Shown: piece after piece, positions 29,853 to 40,459 of the stretch
Numbering within the stretch: position 1 is the first letter of the stretch
Layout: each line of letters starts with the position of its first letter
DNA from: an uncultured Gammaproteobacteria bacterium
Lineage (GTDB): Bacteria; Patescibacteriota; Microgenomatia; UBA10105; UBA927
Direction: 5' to 3'
Assembly: GCA_964349125.1 (NCBI GenBank)
Contig: CAYGFH010000001.1
Coordinates: 562,107 to 626,106 of the forward strand
Length of the DNA: 64,000 nucleotides
Made by a program: the position numbers and the translations under genes
The notes under the pieces: generated by a model
What the model was told of the DNA's origin: nothing
Database searches by the model: none
Seen by the model: only the letters and a program-made list of their open reading frames with translations

Positions 29853-31142
29853 TCACCGCTCAATCCGAGTTACGATATCGGGGTGTATCCGATACGTTTT
29901 ATCTTTATAGGAAATAAGTTTCCAGGAAAATTTTTTGTTTATAGCCAAGACAGCGTCATATAGTGTGCGTGGATTGTATGCTTCTTTGGCTTCGCCGAAT
30001 CGGTCAAGTAGTTCATCAGTTTCCCATCTCTTGGTTGGACTGCTAAATAAAGCTTCACACACATAATATTGATTTGATGCATAGGAAACTGGATATACAT
30101 TGCCGTCCACGATGATCTCGGATTTCTTTTTATCAAAGCACACACGATTCGGTAACTGTCGAAGCAGTTCTTCCCTCTCTGCATCCGCATTCTGAATTGT
30201 TATCCGTATCCACGTTCTAATCAGATGGGAAAATAGGTACGAAAGTGGTATGACCACGCCAACACCAAATATGATTGATATGATATAAAAATTTTTTAAC
30301 AACATTTGCATATCAGACAAAGAATCCGCAGCGAGGATAACACCCTGCTCTTTTCCGTCTTCGCTAAAAATCGTATCGGTATACACATAAAATACCTCAC
30401 CAGTGGCAGCATCAGTGACAAATTCAGGAGGGTTTTTGCGCACGTTGTCAACATAACTGGGATCTATAAATGACGGAGTTCTCCCATTATTCAACAACAC
30501 GGCGTTATATGCAGTTACGATTTCAAATGATACGTCGTATTTAATGTTGCGAATATCTACGTGCTCAACGGACAATGCTCCATTCGGCAGCACTTCAATT
30601 TTCTCACGTAATATATCAATATTTCGCATTAGTTCCGCATCGACATGGGACATATCCGTTCCGATTGGCTCATATGTTGCCACCAGAATTACGCCTACAG
30701 CAGTTGTATCTTTGTACAACTCACGTGAAAGCACTCTCCACCGTTCATTGGTATCACCGGTAAGAAATTGAGGCGTGGAGAATGTGCGTATTCTGGAAAA
30801 ATCAGATGTGTCCAATAAACCTGCGATGGGACTTGACCGCTCAATAACAAATCCGTCGCGTGTCATGATATACAGCGGTTGGGTAAATCCACTGGAGCCG
30901 TTCGGGTGGGGTGTCATCGGATCTGCGAGGTACTTCTGCGTATTCCATGTGGATCCGGTAAATGAGAAATCATTTCGGACACGGGAGACATACTGTTGCA
31001 AATCTGTACGGACCCCACGGATAAATAGCAATCGTAGTAGCACAAAGTTTGAAGAGATATGAAGGATTGCCAACAGCACAAAAAAAACAGCAAGATATAA
31101 AAATAATACTCTTGAAATCTTTTTCTGACCGACTGGAAACAT
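29853..31142 (-). CDS. Hypothetical 2-TM membrane protein with a large extracytoplasmic domain and a C-terminal cytoplasmic region weakly resembling a winged helix
   Basis: TM topology only. The C-terminal stretch LYDAVLAINKKF...LISYKDKTYRI is only suggestive. Confidence 0.3.
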   Translation of the reverse strand: MFPVGQKKISRVLFLYLAVFFVLLAILHISSNFVLLRLLFIRGVRTDLQQYVSRVRNDFSFTGSTWNTQKYLADPMTPHPNGSSGFTQPLYIMTRDGFVIERSSPIAGLLDTSDFSRIRTFSTPQFLTGDTNERWRVLSRELYKDTTAVGVILVATYEPIGTDMSHVDAELMRNIDILREKIEVLPNGALSVEHVDIRNIKYDVSFEIVTAYNAVLLNNGRTPSFIDPSYVDNVRKNPPEFVTDAATGEVFYVYTDTIFSEDGKEQGVILAADSLSDMQMLLKNFYIISIIFGVGVVIPLSYLFSHLIRTWIRITIQNADAEREELLRQLPNRVCFDKKKSEIIVDGNVYPVSYASNQYYVCEALFSSPTKRWETDELLDRFGEAKEAYNPRTLYDAVLAINKKFSWKLISYKDKTYRIHPDIVTRIER

Positions 31143-31253
31143 GTGGCTGTATTATACTCATCTTGCCCCGATTTGCATACACGTACATGTGCAATAAGCC
31201 TATCATATAGATCTATATTCAATTCTTTCTATAATAGAAGATTGTCTAGAAAT

Positions 31254-31565
31254 CTACCAGTGATATGCCGATGTGTATATAAGAGATCCGATAGATTCAA
31301 GGCTCACAAACACACTGATTGTTCCGATGATGGCAAAAATAAAGGCATACCAATACATGTCTCGCTTTATGAAATGATGCATTACTGCTAAGCAGGCGAT
31401 AATCATACATATATACACCCCCGCTTTAACAATCCCACCTATGCTATAGAGCACTGCATGTGCAATCAAAAAACCAACAAGAGATGCCAGTGTCACAAGT
31501 GCATCTTGGTTCACTACATATTTTTGCGGGACAATCCGAGTATGCATATGAAGGAAGTGTAGCAA
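31254..31565 (-). CDS. Small hypothetical membrane protein
   Basis: Three predicted TM helices. Confidence 0.3.
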   Translation of the reverse strand: MLHFLHMHTRIVPQKYVVNQDALVTLASLVGFLIAHAVLYSIGGIVKAGVYICMIIACLAVMHHFIKRDMYWYAFIFAIIGTISVFVSLESIGSLIYTSAYHW

Positions 31566-31626
31566 TTGCCCGTGTGATTCACATGAGACTCACGTGTGAG
31601 AAATGGTATACAGAGCGAACAGGCTT

Positions 31627-31986
31627 TTACACATCAACAAGCTCACCCACGAGGATGGAGGGATCATGATATTTATCAATCAGTGCAAGATTTTTTACAT
31701 TTGCACGGAAAAATAAATCCATCACGATACCGATATACGGCACGACGCCAAATATATAATCTACGATGATGTTCCACAGCATGCGCAGGTATACATGTGT
31801 AGGCACCTTTACACGATAAGCAATCCAAAACAAATAACAGGATACGCCGACTGCAAGCGCATTACCCAATCCGGGGATGATATCCAATAAGGGATCTATT
31901 CCAAATCGTATGCCAAAGACAGAAAACTTCACATCCATCACAGACACCATCCGTCTGGCAAACCCAATTTCAGAAGTTACAGACAT
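31627..31986 (-). CDS. DUF4112-like small membrane protein
   Basis: GIDPLLDIIPGLGNALA motif. Confidence 0.4.
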   Translation of the reverse strand: MSVTSEIGFARRMVSVMDVKFSVFGIRFGIDPLLDIIPGLGNALAVGVSCYLFWIAYRVKVPTHVYLRMLWNIIVDYIFGVVPYIGIVMDLFFRANVKNLALIDKYHDPSILVGELVDV

Positions 31987-31997
31987 GATCCTCCCCT

Positions 31998-32609
31998 TTA
32001 CGCTTTACCAATTTGATTATATGCCCATCCCGCCAACGCTCCACCCACCAGTGGCCCCGCACTATATAATAGTAGGCTGGATATATGCGCGGAGACACCG
32101 GTTATATCAAAAATCAGCGGTGACACCCCCACCGCAGGGTTAAACGCTCCGCCCGATATTGGCCCGCCTGCAGTGGCAGCAGCCAGAAGCGTCATGCCGA
32201 TAGCGAGTCCATAATACTGATTCCCTTTTGCTTTTGACACTGCCACATGGTGTACTACACTCACCAGTGCGAAGGTAAAGAGCACCTCGATGATAAATGC
32301 GCTAATGAAAGATACCCCTTCACCGGGTGCAGGGATAAAGAAATTTTGTTTCACCAGAGAGTAGACACCTGCCGCGGCAAATCCACCAAACAGTTGCGCA
32401 GCCATATAGCGCTTGGCTTCTGCCCATTGTATGTTGCCGGACACCAACAGGCCGAGTGTTACCGCGGGATTATAGTGCGCGCCGGAAATATATCCGCCCA
32501 TATACACCATCGCAGTCAGGATGAATCCGATCGCAATCGGATTGCCGCTGAGAGCAACGGTGAGTACCAGAAAAAATGTACCGATTCCTTCAACAATATA
32601 GTGTTTCAT
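31998..32609 (-). CDS. MIP-family channel (aquaporin/glycerol facilitator-like)
   Basis: Two NPA boxes (HYNPAVT and FNPAVG) in a 6-TM protein. Confidence 0.85.
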   Translation of the reverse strand: MKHYIVEGIGTFFLVLTVALSGNPIAIGFILTAMVYMGGYISGAHYNPAVTLGLLVSGNIQWAEAKRYMAAQLFGGFAAAGVYSLVKQNFFIPAPGEGVSFISAFIIEVLFTFALVSVVHHVAVSKAKGNQYYGLAIGMTLLAAATAGGPISGGAFNPAVGVSPLIFDITGVSAHISSLLLYSAGPLVGGALAGWAYNQIGKA

Positions 32610-32715
32610 ATATCTGTATCATACATCACTTGTGGCGGTTGCTTCAAAGCAAAAGTCCCGTAGTGTCACAATTGTTTCCTTGACACAGTTCACCGGGCAT
32701 CAGCATACTACATGC

Positions 32716-33807
32716 ATGGACCCAAAAGTTACTCCTCCAAAGCCATCTCCCTCTACACAAAATTCAGGAATTCTCGCTATTCTTGCTCTCGGGTGTGTGG
32801 GCGCCTTTGTAGCGGGATTTTTCCTCAGCGATCTACTGAAAAATCAGACACAATCCTCCCCGCCTGTGTCCACTGGTACATCCCCTACACCAACCATGTC
32901 GCAGGGTGTAACGCAGACAGGATCTGGCATATCAGCCGTCGATTCTCTCAGTTTTGCCACAGGGCTTCACTATTTTGACGATACAGTTCTCGCTATCACC
33001 ACAGACACTCCGCGGAAAATTTTTATCGGGTCCATGGTACGGGTTGAAGATGAGCCCAATATGTATGTGCACAACACCCGGGTGAGTTTTTTTGACGGAG
33101 AGACATGGACACGCAAGACTGGATCCGCGCGCTCTAATACATCTGCCATCACCACAAGTGCTCTTATCAGTGCATGGAATATAGATATAGACGCGACCCG
33201 AGTTCTACGAGAACGAGTATCAGGAAAAGCTCAGGTGGATACACACTCCATTCAATTTTTTGCACCTGATCTGCAAAATGAGATGAGTGTGCGAAGTTTA
33301 CCCGGGTATACGAAATTTATGTCCGAAGGGGATGGGACCATCACCATCCAAGGGAAAAAACACGCTGCTAAAGTACTCTACACACGTATCTACTCCATGA
33401 ATACCGCGGATATCCAATTTTATAGTGAGCCAATTGGCGTCACCACAGACTGGGTGGCGTTTTGGGATACTGCAGGTAATTTCTATCATGTGGATGCCAC
33501 GTCAGTTGCCAAACCGACTGCTATATACAAATCTCATACACTGGGCATTCATTTGTCTCCATCAGGCGCAGTATCCAAAACGTTTTCTGTACAAACCACT
33601 AGGGATACCAATATTCCACCGGACAAATACTCTATTTCCATCGGCAATCCTATCGGATCCACACTTGATCTCACACGGAAAAACGCTATCAATAAAGCAC
33701 CGAATGGCGCGTATGATTGGTACTTAGGTGAAGTGGAAGGCACAGTGTCTCATGACGGTCAAACACCACTCTCAGGCTACGGTGTTGTTGAGTATATACA
33801 TGATTAG
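32716..33807 (+). CDS. Hypothetical membrane-anchored extracytoplasmic protein
   Basis: N-terminal signal anchor after the ATG at 32716 and a Ser/Thr/Pro-rich linker. Confidence 0.35.
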   Translation: MDPKVTPPKPSPSTQNSGILAILALGCVGAFVAGFFLSDLLKNQTQSSPPVSTGTSPTPTMSQGVTQTGSGISAVDSLSFATGLHYFDDTVLAITTDTPRKIFIGSMVRVEDEPNMYVHNTRVSFFDGETWTRKTGSARSNTSAITTSALISAWNIDIDATRVLRERVSGKAQVDTHSIQFFAPDLQNEMSVRSLPGYTKFMSEGDGTITIQGKKHAAKVLYTRIYSMNTADIQFYSEPIGVTTDWVAFWDTAGNFYHVDATSVAKPTAIYKSHTLGIHLSPSGAVSKTFSVQTTRDTNIPPDKYSISIGNPIGSTLDLTRKNAINKAPNGAYDWYLGEVEGTVSHDGQTPLSGYGVVEYIHD

Positions 33808-33822
33808 AAATTCTTTGTAGCT

Positions 33823-33898
33823 TGTCTTTGCGAGGAATCCTGAGAAAGGTCGACTAAATTCAGCCGAAGCCCTTGTCGAAGGATGACGCGGCAATCTC
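33823..33898 (+). repeat. REP/MITE-like intergenic element, copy D (TGTCTTTGCGA...GCGGCAATCTC)
   Basis: Conserved termini bracket a variable hairpin-capable insert. Sits between convergent genes. Confidence 0.5.
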
Positions 33899-33959
33899 AT
33901 CATCTTTACGTACGTAGCCCAGAGAACTGAGTAAACCCATTAGGTGCAAGGAGAGCATA

Positions 33960-34250
33960 CTAAATGATAGGGTGATTCGGCAAATAGAATCTGAGCCAGA
34001 GGGTGAGCAGGACACCCAAAACGAGGAGCACCACCAGCATCCACGCGATCGTCTGTGTCAGCGGTTTCCCAAATACACGGCTCCAGAGTGCACTCATACC
34101 GACTGCTGGCAAAGACAACCCACCAATAACTAGAGCCACTATTTTTATAATGGGGATCAGCACCACAGCGGGGAGGATGACGATCGCGTGCGCTTTCGGC
34201 AACATAGTCAGAGCAATAATTCCTACACAAAAAATGGCGATAATATGCAT
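33960..34250 (-). CDS. Small hypothetical membrane protein
   Basis: Three TM helices. Start placed at the internal MHIIAIF. Confidence 0.3.
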   Translation of the reverse strand: MHIIAIFCVGIIALTMLPKAHAIVILPAVVLIPIIKIVALVIGGLSLPAVGMSALWSRVFGKPLTQTIAWMLVVLLVLGVLLTLWLRFYLPNHPII

Positions 34251-34302
34251 AACTCTCGTACCCGGTATCCGATTGGTAGTAACGGGTATACAATGAGTAT
34301 AA

Positions 34303-35670
34303 ATGAAATCTGGCACGCAACAAACTGCGAAACAACTCCTCTATAGCGGCGGCATTGCCGAGATCGTCGACCACCCCACGCCCGTAACCCTTTCATTTCT
34401 CCAAACATGGTTTTCGGGATACGGCTCATTTGGCACAGCAATGCAGTTGCTCGGTTTACCCTTTCATTCATCCACAGACAGCATCCTCATTTGCGTCGAC
34501 GGAGAGTTGTTGGTGGATGTGAGTGCCGAAGAGCGTATGCTCTACGCGGATACCGTACTTGGGTACGGGACGCAAACGGATCATACACACCTGCCCTCAT
34601 TATCCATCCACCCTCTACGGCTTCTGTCTCCATCACACATATGGCAAACTATAAAACTCATCGCAGTGCAAAGTACATGGACAGCAAATCCCGACGGCAT
34701 CATCACCATCATGAACCAGATGGTCGATGCGGTAGCAGTACCCAAACGGTCTCTGACATTTATAGAACTGGATACGCATATCAATACCGTGGTTATGCCC
34801 GCTGTTATCGCAGTCGGATATGTGGCGGAATATTTTCATCAGTATTCACTGCACCAATCCGGTGCGCAGAAAGCCACCATAGAATCATACATTTCCTCAA
34901 AAGTCGCCGAGACAGATTGGATTTTCCATTCAGTGGCGGACCAGTATCTGGTGAAATCAGGCGAGAAATCATTTGACTGGTACATGGATCGCTATGGAAA
35001 CCGCGCCGATCGGGATTTCGAGATTACCTGTCCCAGGTGGTACGAAATACCCGAGCGCATACGAGAACAGATAGATAAAAGTATACAAACGCCCCAGTCT
35101 CGTATTGGGGAGCTCAAAAATGACTCGTTGAAACAGCTCGCAGATACCGTTATTTCTGTGCAGCGGATTCGAAGCCGCTTGAAACAAAAGGCACTCGGAT
35201 ATATAGCACTACTCAGGCGGCAGATCATGGATCTTGTACGGGAAACCGATGCTCTACCCAACGCGACAAGGGAGCAGCTTTTGTCTGGCAATCCTATTAC
35301 CATAACACTCCCTGTACCCGTCCCCACAACACAACAGCCCACTCCTGTACAAAATAGTGGCCGCGGCACACCAATATCGAAAGGGACAGTGACAGGCACA
35401 GTCATCCAAGTCACGTCTTCTCTGATGGATATCCCTGCAGGCACCATCGCCATATTCCCAAACGCCAGTCCCGAGTACAGTATATTGTTTCCGAAATGTG
35501 CCGGGATTATATTTCAAAAAGGCGGACAGACTTCGCACGGAGCGATCGTTGCACGCGAATATGGGATTCCTGCGATTGTGGAAAAGACTGCTCTCGCCAT
35601 ACCAAACAACGTTCGACTCACCATTAATGGTGAACAGGGAACGTGGCAGATAGTGACGTTACAGTCATGA
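34303..35670 (+). CDS. PEP-utilising-enzyme family protein (PEP synthase / rifampicin phosphotransferase-like) with C-terminal mobile His domain
   Basis: C-terminal GGQTSHGAIVAREYGIPAIV swivel-domain motif. Confidence 0.55.
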   Translation: MKSGTQQTAKQLLYSGGIAEIVDHPTPVTLSFLQTWFSGYGSFGTAMQLLGLPFHSSTDSILICVDGELLVDVSAEERMLYADTVLGYGTQTDHTHLPSLSIHPLRLLSPSHIWQTIKLIAVQSTWTANPDGIITIMNQMVDAVAVPKRSLTFIELDTHINTVVMPAVIAVGYVAEYFHQYSLHQSGAQKATIESYISSKVAETDWIFHSVADQYLVKSGEKSFDWYMDRYGNRADRDFEITCPRWYEIPERIREQIDKSIQTPQSRIGELKNDSLKQLADTVISVQRIRSRLKQKALGYIALLRRQIMDLVRETDALPNATREQLLSGNPITITLPVPVPTTQQPTPVQNSGRGTPISKGTVTGTVIQVTSSLMDIPAGTIAIFPNASPEYSILFPKCAGIIFQKGGQTSHGAIVAREYGIPAIVEKTALAIPNNVRLTINGEQGTWQIVTLQS

Positions 35671-35689
35671 TCAGGCGATTGTTGCTATA

Positions 35690-36829
35690 ATGCGCATACG
35701 CATGGAAGCTATCAACGAACCGCTCAAAATTTTATTTATCTATCTGGCTCATCCCCGCCAAAGTCGCGCGGATATGGAATCGGATATTACGGAGCTTTGG
35801 CATCTGGTGACGACTCTTGGTAATGCCCAGGTAGTCGACCTCATCCATCAGAAGGGCTCTGAGTTTCCGGGTACCTACATAGGTCCGGGTAAAGTCGCAG
35901 AAGTCGCGGAGTATCTCACGAGCCACAAGATTGATGCTATTGTCCTCAATGGCCAACTCAAGCCCAGCCAGAAATTTACACTCATGAAAGCGTTCTGGGA
36001 CATGGCGCCAAATATCCATATTTGGGACCGGGTTGATGTGATTTTGGAAATCTTTTCCCGCCATGCCAGAACCACAGAAGCCAAGCTCCAGATCGAGCTA
36101 GCCCGTATGCATAGCATGGGTCCGCGCATTTACGGCATGGGCATGGTGCTCTCCCGTCAGGGAGGCGGTATCGGGACCCGTGGCATCGGAGAAACCAATA
36201 CAGAGCTCATGAGGCGCCACTGGAAGCGGGAAATAAAGAGGGCGACAGACGCGCTCACCAAGTCGGCACAGTCTAGGGCAAGCCAGATGGATCACCGCAA
36301 ACATATCGGCTTACAGACGATATCGATTGTCGGGTATACAAACGCCGGAAAGACATCATTGTTCAATATTCTTACTCACAAGAAACACCTGGTGGAAAAC
36401 GCGCTGTTTGCGACTTTGGACAGTTCGGTAGGAGAAGTATTCCTCCCCTCTCTGGGCAAAAAGGTACTGTTGTCAGACACCATCGGATTTATTGCAAATC
36501 TCCCCCCCTCCCTTATCGAAGCGTTTAAATCTACGCTGATGGAGTCTGTCCACGCTGACATTATTCTCCATGTCATCGATGTGTCCGATCCCCAGATGAA
36601 TGAAAAGGTTCGCGTGGTCCACGACATACTCGCACAGCTGGGCATCCTGCGGGAAAAAGAGGTATATATATTTAACAAAATAGATGCAGCAGCGGATCTC
36701 AACCGCGACACGCTGATAGAGAAAGCGGCAGAAACTCCTCATGTATTTCTCTCCACAAAAACAATAGAAGGTGTGGACACTCTTCTAGAATCTCTCATCC
36801 CTAAACGATTGGCGGACATCAGTACATAA
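35690..36829 (+). CDS. hflX: GTPase HflX
   Basis: HflX N-terminal domain followed by a G domain (G1 GYTNAGKTSLFN, G3 DTIGFI). Confidence 0.85.
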   Translation: MRIRMEAINEPLKILFIYLAHPRQSRADMESDITELWHLVTTLGNAQVVDLIHQKGSEFPGTYIGPGKVAEVAEYLTSHKIDAIVLNGQLKPSQKFTLMKAFWDMAPNIHIWDRVDVILEIFSRHARTTEAKLQIELARMHSMGPRIYGMGMVLSRQGGGIGTRGIGETNTELMRRHWKREIKRATDALTKSAQSRASQMDHRKHIGLQTISIVGYTNAGKTSLFNILTHKKHLVENALFATLDSSVGEVFLPSLGKKVLLSDTIGFIANLPPSLIEAFKSTLMESVHADIILHVIDVSDPQMNEKVRVVHDILAQLGILREKEVYIFNKIDAAADLNRDTLIEKAAETPHVFLSTKTIEGVDTLLESLIPKRLADIST

Positions 36830-36856
36830 AATGCTCCTTGCACTTGAGACTATTGG

Positions 36857-37855
36857 ATGTACTATAGATGTATGACCATCGTTGTCGGACTGTTCTATGG
36901 ATTCCTCGCCTACCTCTTCATCCGAGTTGTCCTCACAGGGTTTTATGTCGTCGAGCAAAACGAACGCGCGGTGAAAACGGTGTTTGGCAAAGCCCAAAAA
37001 ATCAAAGGCAAAACCACACTCGATATTCCTGATTTTGCCGATTCACTGAGGAAAGATGAGCAGGAGCGCTACCAATTCCCGCAACTCAAAGTCATCCCCC
37101 CGGGTGGTTTGTATTTTAAAATGCCGTGGGAAGAAATCCGGAAAGTCTCCATCGCCACACAACTTATTGATATCGGGTTTGATCCGCAGGATCCCTCTGT
37201 CAACGAAAACAATACATCTCTGGCCGCCGTCACCAAAGACCAGCTCAATATCAAACTTCGCGGCCAACTGCAGTATACGGTGTCCGAGCAAAATCTCTAT
37301 GCATTTTTCTTTGGGGTCACCTCCCCCATTGCTCATGTCATGGGATATTTTATTTCCATTTTGCGCGAGCGCATCGCCAATTTTGAAGCACCCGTGAAAC
37401 ACGGTCCCAAAGATTCCCTCCAAGCATCACTTGGCACATCTATCAATGATTTGCGCAAAAACTTAGGAGAATTCAACAGCCATATGGCAGCGGAGTGTCA
37501 TTCCTCAGCTGCCCGCTACGGCATCACCCTGGATGCGGCACTGATCACCGCGCTTGAGCCACCAAATGATGTAGAGTCAGCGCTTGCCGCCATCAACACC
37601 GCACACAATCACGTGTCCTCACAGATCAGTCTTGCGCAGGCAAGCGCCGATCAAAAGATCGTCCAGTCAAAGACGTCCGTGGAAATTGAAACACTCAAGG
37701 CAAAATCGGAAGTACAGGTACTAAACGAAATGGCGTCCCAACTACTGCTCATCAAACAGAGCGGCAAAAAGACGCTTCCTGCATATTTGCGAAACGTCAG
37801 GCTGTCACTCTTATCTCAGGCAAAGAGGATATTTTTGGAGACCAAACATGAATAA
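36857..37855 (+). CDS. SPFH/band-7 protein (HflK-like)
   Basis: N-terminal TM followed by an SPFH domain. It sits directly after hflX, as hflK does in the hflX-hflK-hflC operon. Confidence 0.55.
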   Translation: MYYRCMTIVVGLFYGFLAYLFIRVVLTGFYVVEQNERAVKTVFGKAQKIKGKTTLDIPDFADSLRKDEQERYQFPQLKVIPPGGLYFKMPWEEIRKVSIATQLIDIGFDPQDPSVNENNTSLAAVTKDQLNIKLRGQLQYTVSEQNLYAFFFGVTSPIAHVMGYFISILRERIANFEAPVKHGPKDSLQASLGTSINDLRKNLGEFNSHMAAECHSSAARYGITLDAALITALEPPNDVESALAAINTAHNHVSSQISLAQASADQKIVQSKTSVEIETLKAKSEVQVLNEMASQLLLIKQSGKKTLPAYLRNVRLSLLSQAKRIFLETKHE

Positions 37856-38756
37856 CGCGCTACTCATACCATTTTTTGCGATAGGATTTCTGGTAGCAGA
37901 GTCCATAGTCCTTGGCATTGCCAGATTGTTTGGCGTGTACACCACGGTGCAGGAACGCGAGGCAAAAGTATTTGTGCTGTTCGGCGAAGTGTTGGGGGTA
38001 CTCGATACACCCGGACTCCATAGCCCCCTTGTAGAGTTCGGGTGGAAGGCACTCATCGTAAACATATTCGGAGAGACACATGTGAGAAGTTTGAGTCTCG
38101 ATCAGGAATATATCAGAAGCATTCCGGTGAATTCCGAAGAAGGCACGCCCATGGGAATCGGTGTCTGGTATGAGATGTTTATCTCCGATCCAGTCGCCCA
38201 TATTTTCAAAAACGTGGATCCCGAAGGGTCGCTGACTGCCAATGTGAAAAACGCGACGATCAAGAGTTTAAGTAACCTTCCCTTGGCCCAAATGCTTGCC
38301 AATCGCCACCAGATGTCTGGAGCGGTTCGAAGTGAAGTATCGGCACAGTCCTCTGAATGGGGGTACAAACTGGGGTCTGTTTACATCCGCAAAGTGCACT
38401 TCAGAGACGAAAATATGACCCAGCAGATAGAGGAAAAAGTAGTCAACCAACTGCGTCAGGTCACCTCCGCTATCGAGCAGGACGGACTTAACCAGGTCAA
38501 CGTCATCGCAAGCAAAGCAGAGCAGGAAGCATCCATCGAGCTTGCCAAAGCTGCGGCAGTGAGACCCAAAATCGTAGGAAAATCTCTGGAGGAAATTTCC
38601 AAGGACCCCGAGGTTCTCGACACCATGTTTCAGATATTGGAACAGCAAAAAATTACGGGTGGCAATACGGAGCTCACATTATTGCCTCAGGGCACTCCGA
38701 CAGAATTACTGACGCCGCTTCTGGCTTCCGAAAAAACATCAGGAAATAAAAAGTAG
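37848..38756 (+). CDS. SPFH/band-7 protein (HflC-like)
   Basis: N-terminal TM followed by an SPFH domain. Overlaps the preceding gene by 8 nt. Confidence 0.55.
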   Translation: MNNALLIPFFAIGFLVAESIVLGIARLFGVYTTVQEREAKVFVLFGEVLGVLDTPGLHSPLVEFGWKALIVNIFGETHVRSLSLDQEYIRSIPVNSEEGTPMGIGVWYEMFISDPVAHIFKNVDPEGSLTANVKNATIKSLSNLPLAQMLANRHQMSGAVRSEVSAQSSEWGYKLGSVYIRKVHFRDENMTQQIEEKVVNQLRQVTSAIEQDGLNQVNVIASKAEQEASIELAKAAAVRPKIVGKSLEEISKDPEVLDTMFQILEQQKITGGNTELTLLPQGTPTELLTPLLASEKTSGNKK

Positions 38757-38767
38757 CCTATCTTCAA

Positions 38768-38843
38768 TGTCATTGCGACGTGTCCCGCGAAGCCTTAGCG
38801 TAGTGGGAAGCCTTGGCGAAATGGGAAGTTGCACAGCAATCTC
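38768..38843 (+). repeat. REP/MITE-like intergenic element, copy A (TGTCATTGCGA...CAGCAATCTC), followed by AACCATGAAC and a heptamer tract
   Basis: Seen directly. Starts 12 nt after the stop of the hflC-like gene. Confidence 0.55.
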
Positions 38844-38866
38844 GTCCCTCACTTTCAACCATGAAC

Positions 38867-38908
38867 GGTTAACGGTTAACGATTCGCGGTTCGCGATTTA
38901 TGATTTAT
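38867..38908. repeat. Heptanucleotide tandem tract (CGGTTAA CGGTTAA CGATTCG CGGTTCG CGATTTA TGATTTA)
   Basis: Six 7-nt units with consensus CGRTTWA. The tract ends at the stop codon of the convergent ABC-F gene. Confidence 0.6.
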
Positions 38909-40359
38909 TTTTCCAAATCCAGCGTCTGATGGATTTTAATTTTTTCCACAAACTCGGGAATATGGGATACCAGCACGAGTGCTCCCTCATATGCGCTGAT
39001 GGCTTCGGCGATCACCGGCAAATGTCGGAAATTTATGTGGTTCGTTGGCTCATCCATGATCAGCAGTCCCGGTTCCATCAGCACGAGCCTGGCAAACGAT
39101 AAGAGTCCCTTTTGTCCTTCAGAGAGGCTTTTAATCTTGGCGGTTATCAGTTCCCCGGTGAGCAAAAATCCTGCAGCAGTGGCTCGCAGTTTCTGTTCGT
39201 TCAGCTGACAGTCAGATAGCTGCACCGCTTTGACGAGCGATTCCCACACGGTATCATTGTAGTCCAGTGTGCGGAAATCCTGACTGTAGTACCCTACTCT
39301 CACGCCGGGCGTGATCACCACTCCATCTGCTTTTCCGTTTGCGATGGCATCAATGAGTGTGCTTTTCCCGATCCCATTTGGCCCTTCGATCAACAGATGC
39401 TTCCCCCGAGTGAGTAGGACATGCGCGGGCTTTGTTACGACTTCATGGTTTTTCATGATAGACACACTGTCTATCCGTATCGCATCGCTTCCCAAATTTT
39501 TCTGTACGGGGATGGTGAATTTCCGTATCGTTTTATCTTCCCGTCGTATGTCGACTTTTTCGTCCTCAAGTTTTTCAATTTTCTCTCGCATTTTTTGGGC
39601 GACGTTTCGCATCTTACCGCCTTTATTGGCAAAGAAGTTGGCCTTCTCTTTATTGTCTGCGATCATCCGTTCCCGCTGCGCATTCTCTCGCTGCTGCTGT
39701 TCTATGCGGGTCTGGATTTCTTCCACCACATCCAGATAATTTCCCTGGTACTGTTCTATCTTTTTGGTAAAGCTGTCGAGGTACAGCACTCCTTGGGTAA
39801 ATGCATTTAAAAAGTCCGCATCATGAGAAATCACAATCACACTCTTGGGATACATCATCAGAAAATACATGAGGTGATCTATCCCCGCCCGATCCAGATT
39901 ATTGGTCGGCTCATCGAGAAGGAGTAAGTCGGGATCTTGTATCAGGGCCGATGCCAAAAGGAGCCTCGCCTTTTGTCCACCGGAGAATGATTTGATGTGT
40001 TTGTCAGCGGGCGCATGCAGGTTAACTGCATCCAGTACCCCTGCCATTCTTCTCTTCACATCATAACTTTCCGTATTGCAGCGCTTGGTGAAAAATTCCT
40101 CGATAGTCAGGTCGTACTCTTCAGGATCTATCACCTGGTGTGCTGTTGCCACGGTCAGCGATTTGTCGACACTGATTCTGCCGGATGTGGGAGTCAGTGC
40201 CCCCGTAAGCAGCTTGAACAGTGTGCTTTTTCCCGCACCGTTTTGTCCCATGAGTGCGACTTTCATTTCTTCTCGCACGGAAAAGCTCGCCTCATCGAGG
40301 ATCTGTTTTCCGTCACCATACTGGTAACTTACTTCATCAAAACGGATTATTGTTTTCAT
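38905..40359 (-). CDS. ABC-F family ATPase (two tandem ABC domains, no TMD; EttA/Uup-like)
   Basis: Two Walker A motifs (GQNGAGKST and GPNGIGKST) and two LSGGQK/LSEGQK signatures with an inter-domain linker. Confidence 0.85.
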   Translation of the reverse strand: MKTIIRFDEVSYQYGDGKQILDEASFSVREEMKVALMGQNGAGKSTLFKLLTGALTPTSGRISVDKSLTVATAHQVIDPEEYDLTIEEFFTKRCNTESYDVKRRMAGVLDAVNLHAPADKHIKSFSGGQKARLLLASALIQDPDLLLLDEPTNNLDRAGIDHLMYFLMMYPKSVIVISHDADFLNAFTQGVLYLDSFTKKIEQYQGNYLDVVEEIQTRIEQQQRENAQRERMIADNKEKANFFANKGGKMRNVAQKMREKIEKLEDEKVDIRREDKTIRKFTIPVQKNLGSDAIRIDSVSIMKNHEVVTKPAHVLLTRGKHLLIEGPNGIGKSTLIDAIANGKADGVVITPGVRVGYYSQDFRTLDYNDTVWESLVKAVQLSDCQLNEQKLRATAAGFLLTGELITAKIKSLSEGQKGLLSFARLVLMEPGLLIMDEPTNHINFRHLPVIAEAISAYEGALVLVSHIPEFVEKIKIHQTLDLEK

Positions 40360-40459
40360 ACTGATTTCTTTGTTTTGGATCTGTAAATCGAAACACCCAA
40401 AGCGTAGATATACACGCCAAGCTGAAGTATCGAAGATATCGCAAAACGAAGTAACAGTA

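Noticed and set aside
33940-34374. 144-aa minus-strand ORF overlapping the start of the PEP-utilising gene
   Set aside because: It is in a different frame from the shorter, clearly hydrophobic 33960..34250 ORF and overlaps a confident plus-strand gene. The shorter membrane ORF was preferred.
38767-39102. 111-aa plus-strand ORF starting at the REP-like element
   Set aside because: It begins inside the repeat element and heptamer tract and runs antisense into the ABC-F gene. It is a product of the repeats, not a gene.
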